A program made the position numbers and the translations under genes. A DNA stretch of 64,000 nucleotides from Phoronis australis. Lineage: Eukaryota; Animalia; Phoronida. The notes beneath the pieces are model-generated. The model did no database searches. It was not told the DNA's origin and saw nothing but the letters and a program-made list of their open reading frames with translations. The number at the start of each line of letters is the position of its first letter. Position 1 is the stretch's first letter. Where the stretch lies: contig NMRA01000357.1 of the NCBI GenBank assembly GCA_002633005.1, positions 14,048-78,047 of the forward strand. The letters run 5' to 3'. Positions 1 to 12,700 of this stretch are shown one piece after another.

Positions 1-660
1 TTACACCAATTCTCAGATTCAAGCCTTATAGAGTAGTAATCATCCGTTGAACGCTTTAGTGACACGGGAGTTGCGTCGATCCCAAATTAGCGTTTCTAAA
101 ATTTTCCTTGTCCGAAAGTCGCGGGGCAAAAATCCGACGTATATGACATTGTCCGAAGTTCGAAGATCATTAAAAAACAGTTTTTGGACCTTGTACGAAT
201 TTCGTGGACTATGAAAAACTCATTTCGGAAATATTTAATCTTGGTCGAAAATGGCGGGCCGTCCGAAAATCACGCGACTTTACCGTAACAGCAATACAAA
301 AATATTTGTTGATTTTTTCACTGATTTGCTTTCAAGACCAGTGATGACATCACATTGGTTGTATTTGATATGCTTTGCTGATTCCCTCGGGTCAACTAAA
401 TATAATGTTTGATTGCTTGTCGATGACAACTTCTGGCTTACAAACCAATCAGATGTCTTAGCTGGATCAAGCACATCCATTAGTAACGTGTTTTACTTTT
501 GCATTTTTTCACAATTTCTTCAAATAATCGAATCGCGTTTAATTTTACAGTATTGATGAAGGCGGTGTCTTACTCATCACAAACTATATAGTGAAGCCAC
601 AGTTTAAACCCGTCACTGTGACGTCGCACATGAGAACATCACTGACGAGCTACGACCTAG

Positions 661-781
661 AGATTGGGATCAACAGTCATCACCCACCCACCAAACTTGT
701 CCTTGTTCACCCCAATAATGTTCTGAGGGCGTGGCGACTGCCCGAGACACAATACAACTTTGTCTCTCGGCGGCGGTTAAG
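661..781 (+). CDS. RADX: RADX-like exon (IGINSHHPPTKLVLVHPNNVLRAWRLPETQYNFVSRRRL)
   Basis: ctag acceptor, ag|gtaggg donor; resembles RADX EICLNLRDPPT..WRLPKLNHRF. Confidence 0.8.
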
Positions 782-3700
782 GTAGGGGTTGACAGAAGTC
801 AAATTTGAATGCATTTTTGTGCTAGTTTTATTGTGATGGGAACAATATCCAGAGTACACGCGTGCTTATTGGCAAAACGTTACTGAAACTCTCGTCTGCT
901 CTCCAGCTTCTGTAACAGGAAAAATTATCTGGCTTCTCACAGATTGTTTTGTTGTACGTCAATCCCTAATTGTCTAGTCATGTGGCTACCTTGTTTCCTT
1001 GACAACAATGACTTCATCAAATGCCCCTCCCCTACAATAACCATCTAGTTGATAACCAAATCATGCAAATTCAGACCAAACTGTAACTGTCTGATATGAA
1101 TTACGTTTAACTGTTGTGTGGTGAACTAAATGAACGAAGCACGATGAAGCATTTTAAACTTGTCTGACTTGGCTCAAAAGTGTGTTAGCATTCCCACATT
1201 TCGAAAAAATAGGTCAACCACACAAAGGGTCTTCCTACCTCTGCAAATGAAGAGCGATGATTTCGGGATTTGACTGTATTCTTGAGATCTGTGCACCACT
1301 CGTTACAGTTCACTTCCTGCCGAATCCATTTGTGACGTGTGTGGTGTTGTGGTCTTTGTTGGCCGATGGGAAAGGCAGAAGAAGCCAGGTATGTGATGCG
1401 TTGTATTACGCAATGAGGCTGGCTAGTCTTCAGGTATGTGATGCACTGTATTACACGATGAGGCTGTCTAGTCTTCAGGTATGTGATGCTATTACGCAGT
1501 GAGGCTGGCTAGTCTTCAGGTATGTGATGCGTTGTATTACACGATGAGGCTGTCTAGTCTTCAGGTATGTGATGCACTGTATTACACAATGAGGCTGGCT
1601 AGTCTTCAGGTATGTGATGCACTGTATTACACAATGAGGCTGGCTAGTCTTCAGGTATGTGATGCGTTGTATTACACAATGAGGCTGGCTTGTCTCCAAT
1701 GCATCTTTGATACAGCCAGTGTTGTATCTTGCTTTGGGTGACCGCTCTCTTAATGTGCAATCCATTCAAATGCTTGGTATGACAAAGTTGTGGTTAAGTA
1801 ATGCTAAGACCAGTATTTATACTTTTGTAATGTGAGTTTACGTTTGTCACGTTGTTTGCACTGTAAATGTCAACAACAAATTTAAAACACTTCGTAAAAT
1901 GTGGATGCATTATGATGTCATCCCTGTCTGTCTGTCCGTTCATCTGTCCGGCATCTGTTTGGCGTTCGCTCGTGTCTGTTTGGCATCCACTGCTTTATCT
2001 CTAAAACCCTTCGATGTACTTTCATGAAATCTAATTGGTAGATGTGTTTTTTTCTTGGATAGGACGGCATGAGCAAATTTTTGGAGGGATCGGTGTGCAC
2101 CCTTGTGGCAATTTTTAGTTTTTCCGGTTTACCTCTGTATCTTGGAAGGTCCTTTAATGGATTTTCATAAAATTTAGCAAATAGGTATCTATTAGTGAGG
2201 TGACACGACGTTCCCGTTTTCAGATGGATTTCATGTATTTTGCGCCATCTAGTGAGCATTTTTCCTGCTTTCTTGTCTGTTTTTTGCGTCCTCTCCTATA
2301 TCAACCAAACCACTCTAAGGATGATTGTAAAAATAGGCACATATGTTCTTACTGCAAAGAGAACAGAGGACGATGATTTTCGGAGGATTTTGTCTACTGT
2401 GGTGCCTTCTAGTGGCAGTTTTTTATTTATATGATGTTGACAACTTTTGGACGGATCTGACGAATGTTGTGTCCCCCTACTGGCAATGTAATTTCTTTTT
2501 CTGTTTTCCTCTGTTCCTCTAAAATTCCTTGTTGTAATGTATTTTTTATGAAATTTGGTAAAAAGTTTCCTTTTAAAGAAACAATAACATGTTCCTGTTT
2601 TCGGATGAATTTTAGGTATTTTGTGCCATCTAATGGCCAGTTTTTGTTTTTTAATCTGTTTTCGGCACCACCCCTCTATCAACCAAAAACTCTAAGGATG
2701 ATTTTAAAAAGTGAAGAGTATGGCTGATGATGATTTTCAGACCACTTGTACTACTGTGGTGCTTCCTAATGGCAGTTTTTTGCATCTATGGCTGTATTTC
2801 CCAAACGCTCTGCAGGATATTTATTAATTAAAAGTTGGCAAGTGTAGTTATATGAATTTGGTAACAAACAACGATGGCATTTGGACAGATCCGACTACTG
2901 ACGTGACCACCCCGTCCTCTGTATCTTTATTAAATTTAATAAACACGTTTGTATTAAAGAGTTGACAGGTTCCCATTTTTGGAGAAATTCGATGTATAGT
3001 GGCTGTTTTTATTATAATGAAATTTTCAAATAGGTTTCCACTGGGGAGAAGATGACGCCTTCTTAGTTGCAGGCGAATTTGTCGTATTCTGCACCACTCT
3101 GAGTACGTTTTTGACATCACCATCTCCATCCACCAAACTGCTTGAAGGATCATTATTAAAAGTTGGAGCTGTTTTTCTGATCCGAAGACCGATGCTGACG
3201 TTGATTTTCGGACATGTTCACCTAATTTGGCCCCCTAGTGGCAATTTTATTTTTTTGCATCCACAGGTGTAACTCCTTTACCCTTTGCAATAGCTTTCTG
3301 AAATTTAGCAGATGTGTTCCTATGGAGATAGCAACAGATGACAGCCAGTTTCAGAATAGTTCAACTACAGCTGTGCTCCCTAGTGGCACTTTTACTGTTT
3401 AGTTTGCATCTGCAACTTCATAGTTCCTTTATGCTTTCTCATGAAATTTGGCAAACAAATCTGTTATGAAGACGACAACAGCTTTCCTTTTTGTGATGAA
3501 TTTGATATATTCTGCACCAACTTGTGACCATTTTTAGTCTGTTTTTTGTCCTTAGCTTCTGTATCTGCCAAACCGCGCAGAGGATCATTATGAAAATTGG
3601 CAGTTGTGTTCCAACTGACAGGAGCATGACTATGGCTGTATGTCCAAAACTCCCTTGCAAAATGTTTTTGAAATCTTGCATTTGTATTCCTATTAACTTG

Positions 3701-6700
3701 ACAGCAGGTGTATGAATTCGACTAATGGCAGTTTTTTATGTTTTCCTGTGGTTTGAATTCATTGACGGATTTTCATAAAATAATTTTGAGAGGCAACGAC
3801 ACCTTCCCATTTTTGGATAGGTTCAAGGTATTCTGAAACATCTAATGGCGGTTTTTATGATACAAAGCACACCACTTGCAGTGCAGTCGTGGGCGCATTT
3901 CAACGCTGCGTGATGCTCTTGTTTGTTAATCTTATCATAATATGTTCTTTAATTTTTTGCACTGTCATAGATCATGTCTTCGTGTTGCTAAATGATCTTC
4001 TCACTGTCTTTGATCATGTATTCTTCTTTCTAAATGGTCTTTGGACTGTCACTGATTGTGTATTTGTTTTACTAAATGGTCTTTGCACGATCTTTGTTCC
4101 TGTATTTGTGTTGCTAAATCGTCTTTGTAGTGACTTAAATACAAGATTCCGCAATATAGTCGAGTTATGTTTCATTTGTCATATTTTACTTGCGTGTTTC
4201 GAAGGCACAACTGATAATGATGCCAATAGAACTTTATATTTTGGTGTACATAAACGACAACATGAGTGTATTTTAGTTTACGGACAAGTAGACTTAACTC
4301 TTATCTACGTGCAGATGTTAAATACAAGGTTCTGCAATATAGTCGAATTATGTTTCATTTGTCATATTTTACTTGCGTGTTTTGAAGGCGCAACTGATAA
4401 TGATGCCAATAGATCTTGATATTAACTAAATTTGGTGAACAGTATAAGACAACATGAGTGTATTCTAGTGTACGGATAAGTGGACTTGACTCTTATCTAT
4501 GTGCAGATGTTGAGCCCTCGGGCAACTGTTGGGTGCGACGGTGGATAAAATTGGTGGATGATTCCAGTGAAGATCCGGTGGTGATGGAGATATATAGGTG
4601 TGGCCTGGTGAGTGAGGGGTTGGGGGTGCACTGGTGGGGCAGGGATGTGCTGATGGGTGGGTGGGTACAATAGCTAGTTGGTTCGACCAGCAAATTGTCT
4701 AGTGAAATCAAAAGGGATTCACTTGGCCAGTGATCAACAGGCTGTTCTGTTTTGGTTTAATTATTGCGTATAGTATTCATGATGGCCCATTCGTATGTCA
4801 CACCTTGTTGTTGGCATGTTATCTCAGGAAGGAGCGGGTTGCAAATTTGTTCAAATTTTGTATCACGGTATAGGCGGGCCATTTTTGGGCACTAGAAATT
4901 TTTGGTGACCTTGAGAAGGGAGCTTTAGATTATGTTCATAATTTTTGTATAGGTGTGGATGAGGCAACTTCAGGAAACAGATAATTTTGATGCCCTTGAC
5001 CTCATTGTCAAGGTCACAGTGAGAAATTCAAGTTTCGACTGTTGTTGCCTTTTCTGATGAGCTTTAAACTTTGAAGTTTGATAAAAATGTCGACTTTGTA
5101 TTAAGGAGATGACAACTCTTTCTTATTTTTGGATGAATTTGAATCAGATATATTTTACGCCACCGAGGTGTTATTCTTATTATTTTTTCGAGCCATTTGG
5201 AGTCTGCCTCATTATCGGTGAAACCACTCTAAGAATATTATGCAGATTGTTATGTGTTTGTTCCGGAAAACACATGGCTGATGATATTTTTTAACTGCTG
5301 CGGCACCCTCTAGTGGCAATTTTGTTTCTTTACATGTGGCTCAGTATCTCTCAAGTTGCTAGATAGTTCCTCATGAAAGTTGTATGACTGTGTGCTTTTG
5401 TTGAGAAGAGTACGGCTCATGTGGATTTTGGGTCAAATCAGACTACTGTGAAATATACAATTTCTCTACTGGCAATTGTGTGTTTCTTTGCGTTTACATT
5501 GATATCTGTCACAATCCTTGATGGATGTTCCTGCAAGTTAACAAATGTTTCAGCACAAGTCCTAATTCAGGAAGATTTGACCGTTGCACTCGTTAGTGGC
5601 TTATTTATTGTTTTGTAAGTTCTTTGTTGCCTGGCTGACTTTCTTTCAAACTATACGTAAAGAATCATATGAAGGATGGCAGGTGTGTTAGTACTGCATG
5701 GAGAGCATTTCCGACTTACTTTGCACCCCTAGATGCTACTTTAAGTTTAATAGCATGGCTCCCTGTGTGGGACTGTTGCTTGTATCTGCATGCTGCAAAG
5801 ATATTCATCTGGATTATGTTAATCTGTAGCACATGAAATGATAATGTTAAAAATTCATGCATTCCAATGCAATGGGGGACAATTTGGTCACCCTGTGTAG
5901 AATGTTTGTTCTAAACTTGATCTAAACTTATAAACACTGATTCAATTTAAAGCTTGGCCAGTGTGTATAATTATCGTTTATTGTGGTTGACAGAATTGTG
6001 TTGTTTTAGTTTTCAATTACCATCTGTTCCTAGCCCGAGGTGCATGACTCCATCAGCCCAGGACATGTTGTGGTGTGCACCAATATGAAGGCTGTACATA
6101 GTCCCTACACCATCTCATCACAGCAGAGTAATGTCTATCTGACAACAACATGGTTATCACAGGTAACATGGGAAGAAATTTAGTGTACACCAATGATATT
6201 CAAATGAAATGACTTGGGCCTGGGGTGTAGTTCTGTGTACACCGATGATATTCAAATGAAATGACTTGGGCCTGGGGTGTAATTCTGTGTACATCAGTTA
6301 TAAATCAGATGAAATAACGTGGACCTGCAGTGTAATCTCCCTACGCGAATATTGGTGCGCTTTGACTTTACTTAAAAATGTGTGTGCAAACAATGTGTCG
6401 TGATTGGTTAAATAAGTTTGGAGTCTGATTTTTAGTTGAGTCTAAGCTGGTAGTTTAGACACTGGGTCTTGAGTTTAGACCCTGGGCAATGATGTTTCTT
6501 CTTGTTGTGACTGAGTACAAGTGCAATTTTCTGTCCTTTTGGGTGAGTGCATGCAGAATTCACTGCCAGAGTACAATGTAATGGTGAGTCACAGCGCTTC
6601 CTAACAACTTGTCAGGCACGGAGATGGAATTTTGTTCAACCATTTTTAGCATTCACTGTAAGGATATTGTTTTGATGTTTTTGTATCACGATTCATATTG

Positions 6701-9700
6701 TTTACTTTTGTTTATCTTTGAAGTAAGTTACCTATTGACATCCTGCATTTGNNNNNNNNNNNNNNNNNNNNNNNNNNNNNNNNNNNNNNNNNNNNNNNNN
6801 NNNNNNNNNNNNNNNNNNNNNNNNNNNNNNNNNNNNNNNNNNNNNNNNNNNNNNNNNNNNNNNNNNNNNNNNNNNNNNNNNNNNNNNNNNNNNNNNNNNN
6901 NNNNNNNNNNNNNNNNNNNNNNNNNNNNNNNNNNNNNNNNNNNNNNNNNNNNNNNNNNNNNNNNNNNNNNNNNNNNNNNNNNNNNNNNNNNNNNNNNNNN
7001 NNNNNNNNNNNNNNNNNNNNNNNNNNNNNNNNNNNNNNNNNNNNNNNNNNNNNNNNNNNNNNNNNNNNNNNNNNNNNNNNNNNNNNNNNNNNNNNNNNNN
7101 NNNNNNNNNNNNNNNNNNNNNNNNGGGGGCTACTTTGCATATCCACCACTGCCAACCAAACTCCGGGACTTTACGGCTGCATTTGATGAAGAAAACCAGC
7201 TGGAGGTTCAAGCAATTTAATGTATTCTCTCACTAACACTAAGGACCTTCTCATTGATGGACATTATCAAAAGCACTCTTTTATCACAAGCTGCATTAAT
7301 CTTGGCTTGAACACTGTTCTTTACTTATAAATAATTTTTGTGAAAAAGAGTTTCTAGCACTCACTGTATAAGTAAACAGGTGTAAAATGTACCAAGACTC
7401 ATTGTATTCCTAGCTGTGGTTATGAGAATAGAAATATGTCCATAAGAAAAGAACTGCTAAGCCTCTTTGAAAAGCAGTGCAGTTCATGATAAAAATAACA
7501 TTTACGGGGGAAAAAGTATTGTCGATGAGAATGTCATAGTTAAGTGTAGGTACGAGACTTTTTCACCGAAGCTCAGCTGAGTGTTGCCGTGTTCTGTTTG
7601 CTACATCAGTGTCATTCCAGTTAAATTCTCAGTTTCATCACACTGAAAATGCTACGACTTCTGTGCTCTAAAAGACATTGTCTTCCATACACACAATCTA
7701 TAGCAATCAAGGTGAAATGTACTTATAAAAATTTCTGCTACGTATCATGTCAAGGCATGGCTTACTATATACGCAGGTGGGCGTTTTGTCCATGCCCATC
7801 TTGCAGAGTCTTAGTTAGTTTTATCTGTTTACGTCATAATAAATGACAATATTCGCAATCCTCCTCTTGTTTTACTCTGCAACATAGCTCGTGGCGTACC
7901 CCGGGCAAAATAGATTACGATAAATCATCTTCTGTGTATCATACTAAGGCATGGCTTACTATGTAAATCATCTGCTCTTGGTTGTCAGGTAACTCCTTGT
8001 GAAACACTGTGCTCTGCTGTCCAGAATCTTTACCTGAACCAGTCTCGCAGGTTCACCATTCAAGCTTATCTTTTGGAGGTGGAATATGTACCCTCCAGTG
8101 ATGAGTAAGTAACAATATAGATATTTTAACTAGTGTTTGTGTAGACTGATGCCATAGCAGTTACTAGATGGGTCCAGTCTATTCTGTCTCAGAATTGGCC
8201 ACAGAAATGATGTCTTGTAACTTAGCAATGAAGTCTGGCTCACTCAACAAGGCGAAGAATAATCTTTTACTATTTTTTATGAGAAAAGGTTTGGGCTATT
8301 TAAAAAAGGACTCTGTTTTTATGAGAACACCCTTGCGGTCTATGACGGAGAAAGATTATGTACCCTGAGTAGGCTGCCTAAATAGACCAATTTTGCGTCC
8401 ACAGCTGTATCTTCTAAACCCTTTGCGGGATGTGTTCCTGTGGAGTCGACAACAAGTGAGTTTCAGCCCCATCTGACGATTGGTGTGCTTCCTAGTGGCA
8501 ATTTTTCTCTGTTTTCCTGTGTATCTGCGGAGTTCATTGATGGATTTTCATGAAACTTAGCAATGACAACAATGCCTTTCCATTTTCGGGTAGATTGTCC
8601 GTATGGTGCGCCTCCTAGGAGGATCTTAAACAGTTTCGAGTCCATTTTTGACATCCGCCGCTCTATCCTTCACTACTTCGAGGTTCGTGTGAAAATTACC
8701 AGATGTGTTTGTGATGAGAACGCTGCAGCTGACATTGGTATTCAGCCAATTCTTTGGCGCCCCCTAGTAGCGTTTTTTCATCTACACTGTGTCTCTTTAA
8801 CCTTTGTAGAGTATTTGTGAAATTTGGAGGATATGTTCCAATGAGCTCACAACATTTTATGATGCGTTTCAGACCAGTGGACTATAACTGTGCCCCATAG
8901 TCGCAGTTTTAGTTGTATACATTTGCCTCTATATTTTTGGAGTTCATTGATATATTTTTGTGAAATTTGGATGATGACAGTCTTCCATTTACATATTGAT
9001 TTGATGTATTCTTTCATCATCCTAATGACTATTCTCATTTTTGAGCCGTTTTTGTTCCTAATAAGATGCTGATTTGTGACAACTGTAATGCCTCTTGGTG
9101 GCAATTTTTGTTTTATTGCATCCTTAGCTGTATCACCTTACTCCTGTCAAGAATCTTTGTGAAATCTTGCAAGAATTAGTTGATATTAAAGATGTGACTA
9201 CCACTACCTACAACTATTGGACAGTTCCGACTACCGCTATATTCTAGCGTCAATTTTAGTTTTTATACGTTAACTTTGCATCAGTATCTTCAGAGCTCTT
9301 TGACAGTTTTTCATTGAAATGTGGTAAACAACTTTCTGTTATGGTGTCGATAGCTTCTATCTATTTGAGGATAGATTTTACGTATTCTACGCCAAGTATT
9401 GTCCCTTTTTTGAGACTAGTAAACAACCCTGAAGAAACTGTTTGATTTGCTATTGTGGGCACATTTCAACGCACTGTGTCACTCTTGTTTTTTTAGTATT
9501 CAACGTCACCCCTGAAACTTTTGAAAATATTTACTTTCAGAATGAACTGTAGTAACTAGTGTTTGTGAAGAATGCCAGGAGACATTATTCTTAATGTGAA
9601 AACAGTTTTTAAATTAGTTTTTAACTCCCTCTTGCCTTAAGTCATCAGAGCGACTTGGTATGATGCCTAATTGACTTGGGTCAAGGTCAACCCCTTGTCA

Positions 9701-12700
9701 ATCAAATGCTTTTAATCTCAAAGTGGTGATAAACTCACTTTTCATCACAAACATTTTTTATTTTGATCTTTTATGTTTGTGAAATTGTTCTTAAATTGTT
9801 CATTAATCAATGTCTGGGTTTGGAAAGAACTAACAGTTTGTTGTTTGAGTCAAGACTCAACATGTTGATTTGTGGACATGAATGGTTTGAGTCAATACTC
9901 AACATGTTGATTTGTGGACATGAATGGTTTTAGTCAAGACTCAACATGTTGATTTGTCGACATAAATGGTTTGAGTCAAGACTCTACAAAAGTCATGTTG
10001 ATTTGTGGACATGAATGGTTTGAGTCAATACTCAACATGTTGATTTGTGGACATGAATGGTTTTAGTCAAGACTCAACATGTTGATTTGTAGACATGAAT
10101 GGTTTGAGTCAAGACTCAACATGTTGATTTGTGGACATGAATGGTTTGAATCAAGACTCAACATGTTGATTTGTGGATATGAATGGTTTGAGTCAAGACT
10201 CAACATGTTGATTTGACGACATGAATGGTTTGAGTCAAGACTTAACATGTTGATTTGTGGTCATGAATGGTTTGAGTCAAGACTCGACATGTTGATTTGT
10301 GGACATGAATGGTTTGAGTCAAGACTCAACATGTTGATTTGTGGACATGAATGGTTTGAGTCAAGACTACATGTTGATTTGTGGACATGAATGGTTTAAG
10401 TCAAGACTCAACATGTTGATTTGTGGACATGAATGGTTTGAGTCAAGACTCTACATGTTGATTTTTGAACATGAATGGTTTGAGTCAAGATTCCACAAGT
10501 TGATTTGTGGACATGCGCCATAATGGTCTTAAGCAATAAAAAACTCAGTTCTTTGCAAGACCAAAAGTAACTTAGTTTTTTCTTTTTTTAATGTTTATTA
10601 CAAAATTTTCAGTACAATGAATATGTGACATTGCCCAGAAAGCGCCAAAAGGCATTATATCGAGAATAAAAAAATACAAAGAAATCTATATACAATTATT
10701 ATACACAAATACATAAGTTAAAAACTGATATTAAGATTACAATGACATAATAAATGATTACGAATGTAAATAAATTATTTTCATACACAATAAGTTATTT
10801 TACATGTATATAATTCTATCCACTCACACAGAGAAATTTAATATTAAAAAGAAATTTCGATAGTATTTTGAATAAAACCTTATTTTCATTCGCTTTGAGT
10901 TCTTGACATTCATATAGAAAAAAATTTAAAATTTTGTTATACATTTATTGTAAACATTGGGGTATTGTTCGAGTGTCTGGAAAAGCTGTACCCTCTGCTC
11001 CCTGCATACCTCACAAGCAAAGAAAACATGAGGATATGTCTGGGAGTTTCCACAGGGACACAGAGGTGAAATATTATTAAAATTATGTCTAAATTTCTCT
11101 TCTCAGCAGAGTAAGGAATGAGTTGAGATCAATTTTACAGTGTGGTAAATGGTCTAAATCAAAAGTTAGGTTCTTGCTTGGAATACAGGTTTATTGCCAC
11201 TTTAAATTTAAATAATTATGTATCATTTGATAATTACAGCATTGTAGAGATGTCAACAGACTTCTTTTCTGGCAAGTCCATACTCATCAGCTCTAGACGT
11301 CGGTCGAGGTCACCGCAACGTCGGTCGAGGTCACAGCAAGCCCATGTTGAAACAGACCCACCATCTCGTAATACTAGAAGTCGGGTAAAATCAGCTCGAG
11401 CTGATGTCAGCCGAGCTGGGGAGACAGGTAAAAATAAACATAAATTATAAATATAAAATGATGTACTGTAATTCTCCACTAATTTTGCGTGAAAATACTG
11501 CAGCAGTTGTTAACCATTGGATTAGGGTAAGTTAGAATGCAATGTGGCTGACACATGGAAATTCATTTTGTCACATTTCTCAACAAAATAAGATAATCAG
11601 TCCTCTATATAACACCAGTATAACAATGTAACTTTTCGTCATCAGTAACATTATAGTCACCTTTTGTAAATTCGAAAAATGAATATAATTTTGGTAATTA
11701 TTTTCGCAGTGTACTCGTTTTGGGCACTTTTTCACCTTACTTTTTACGTACATAACATATTCTATAGATTTTATGCGCATTAAGTTGAAAACATTTTGTT
11801 GCTTCAAATCCATGAATTATCAACCAACCAACTCTATCCCTATTGTCTGCTTCCTATACCACTTCATCTTGTTACCACCCATTTTCAAAAAAGCAAGATT
11901 TTGTGCACGTGCTGTTCAGTAAACAACATGGCACATTCGTCATATAAGCTGTCGGCGTACAAGACTCGAACAAGTTCAAATGTTATGGGTAAGATAACAA
12001 ATATTTATTTATTCAGTACTTCATATTGTTTCACAAAACATACATCTGTGTGTTGTATAATATTTGGATAAATTATTCATTCGTGGTAGGGAACAAAACT
12101 AAACAAAGACTGCCACCAAAACAGTCTAGTATGAAGGATGAGAGTGATAGTGAATCATCGGATGGGAACATCACTCGCTACATGCTGAGGTCTTCACCAG
12201 TCTCAAACCAACTCCAACTTGGAACCTCAGGTCAATCTCCTAATGTCAGTTTGGAGCAGTCAAACTCAAAGTCTTCAATTAGTTCAACAAGATACCTTCT
12301 GCGATCGTCACTGAAGCATAGAGATGCATCCTTCAGAACGACCACAACACGTGCGTCACTTTTAAAAAGACCTGCCCAAGATGAAAAGTTGGCGGAATTC
12401 AGGGTCACAACAAGGCAACGTGCAAAATTGCTTAAAGTTCCTCCTGACAAGGTTTCACATACATCAAAAGCAGTTAATTCCAACAGACGTGCATCCCAAG
12501 TGCACCGCGACGGCGATCGCACTAAGCCACCAGATGGCAGCATTTGGACAAGGTCGCACCAGAAGCATAGCAGGGAAGACAGAATGCAGTTAATGTTTGC
12601 AGGAGCTCCTGACACCCATCAGCAAACTACATCTGATATGACCTCTGATATGACCTCTGGTGTGACCTCTGGTGTGACCTCTGGTGTGACCTCTGATGTG

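Noticed and set aside
3889-4419. 176-aa hydrophobic ORF
   Set aside because: Made of a TE head, a degenerate 42-bp repeat and a tandem duplication; no recognisable domain.
6609-7220. Long ORFs spanning the N run (also 12974-13644)
   Set aside because: Artefacts of assembly gaps; only 7125-7205 is real coding sequence.
9843-10515. CRISPR-like appearance (palindromic short repeats)
   Set aside because: Units are contiguous with no unique spacers, there are no cas genes, and it lies in a eukaryotic intron; it is a minisatellite.
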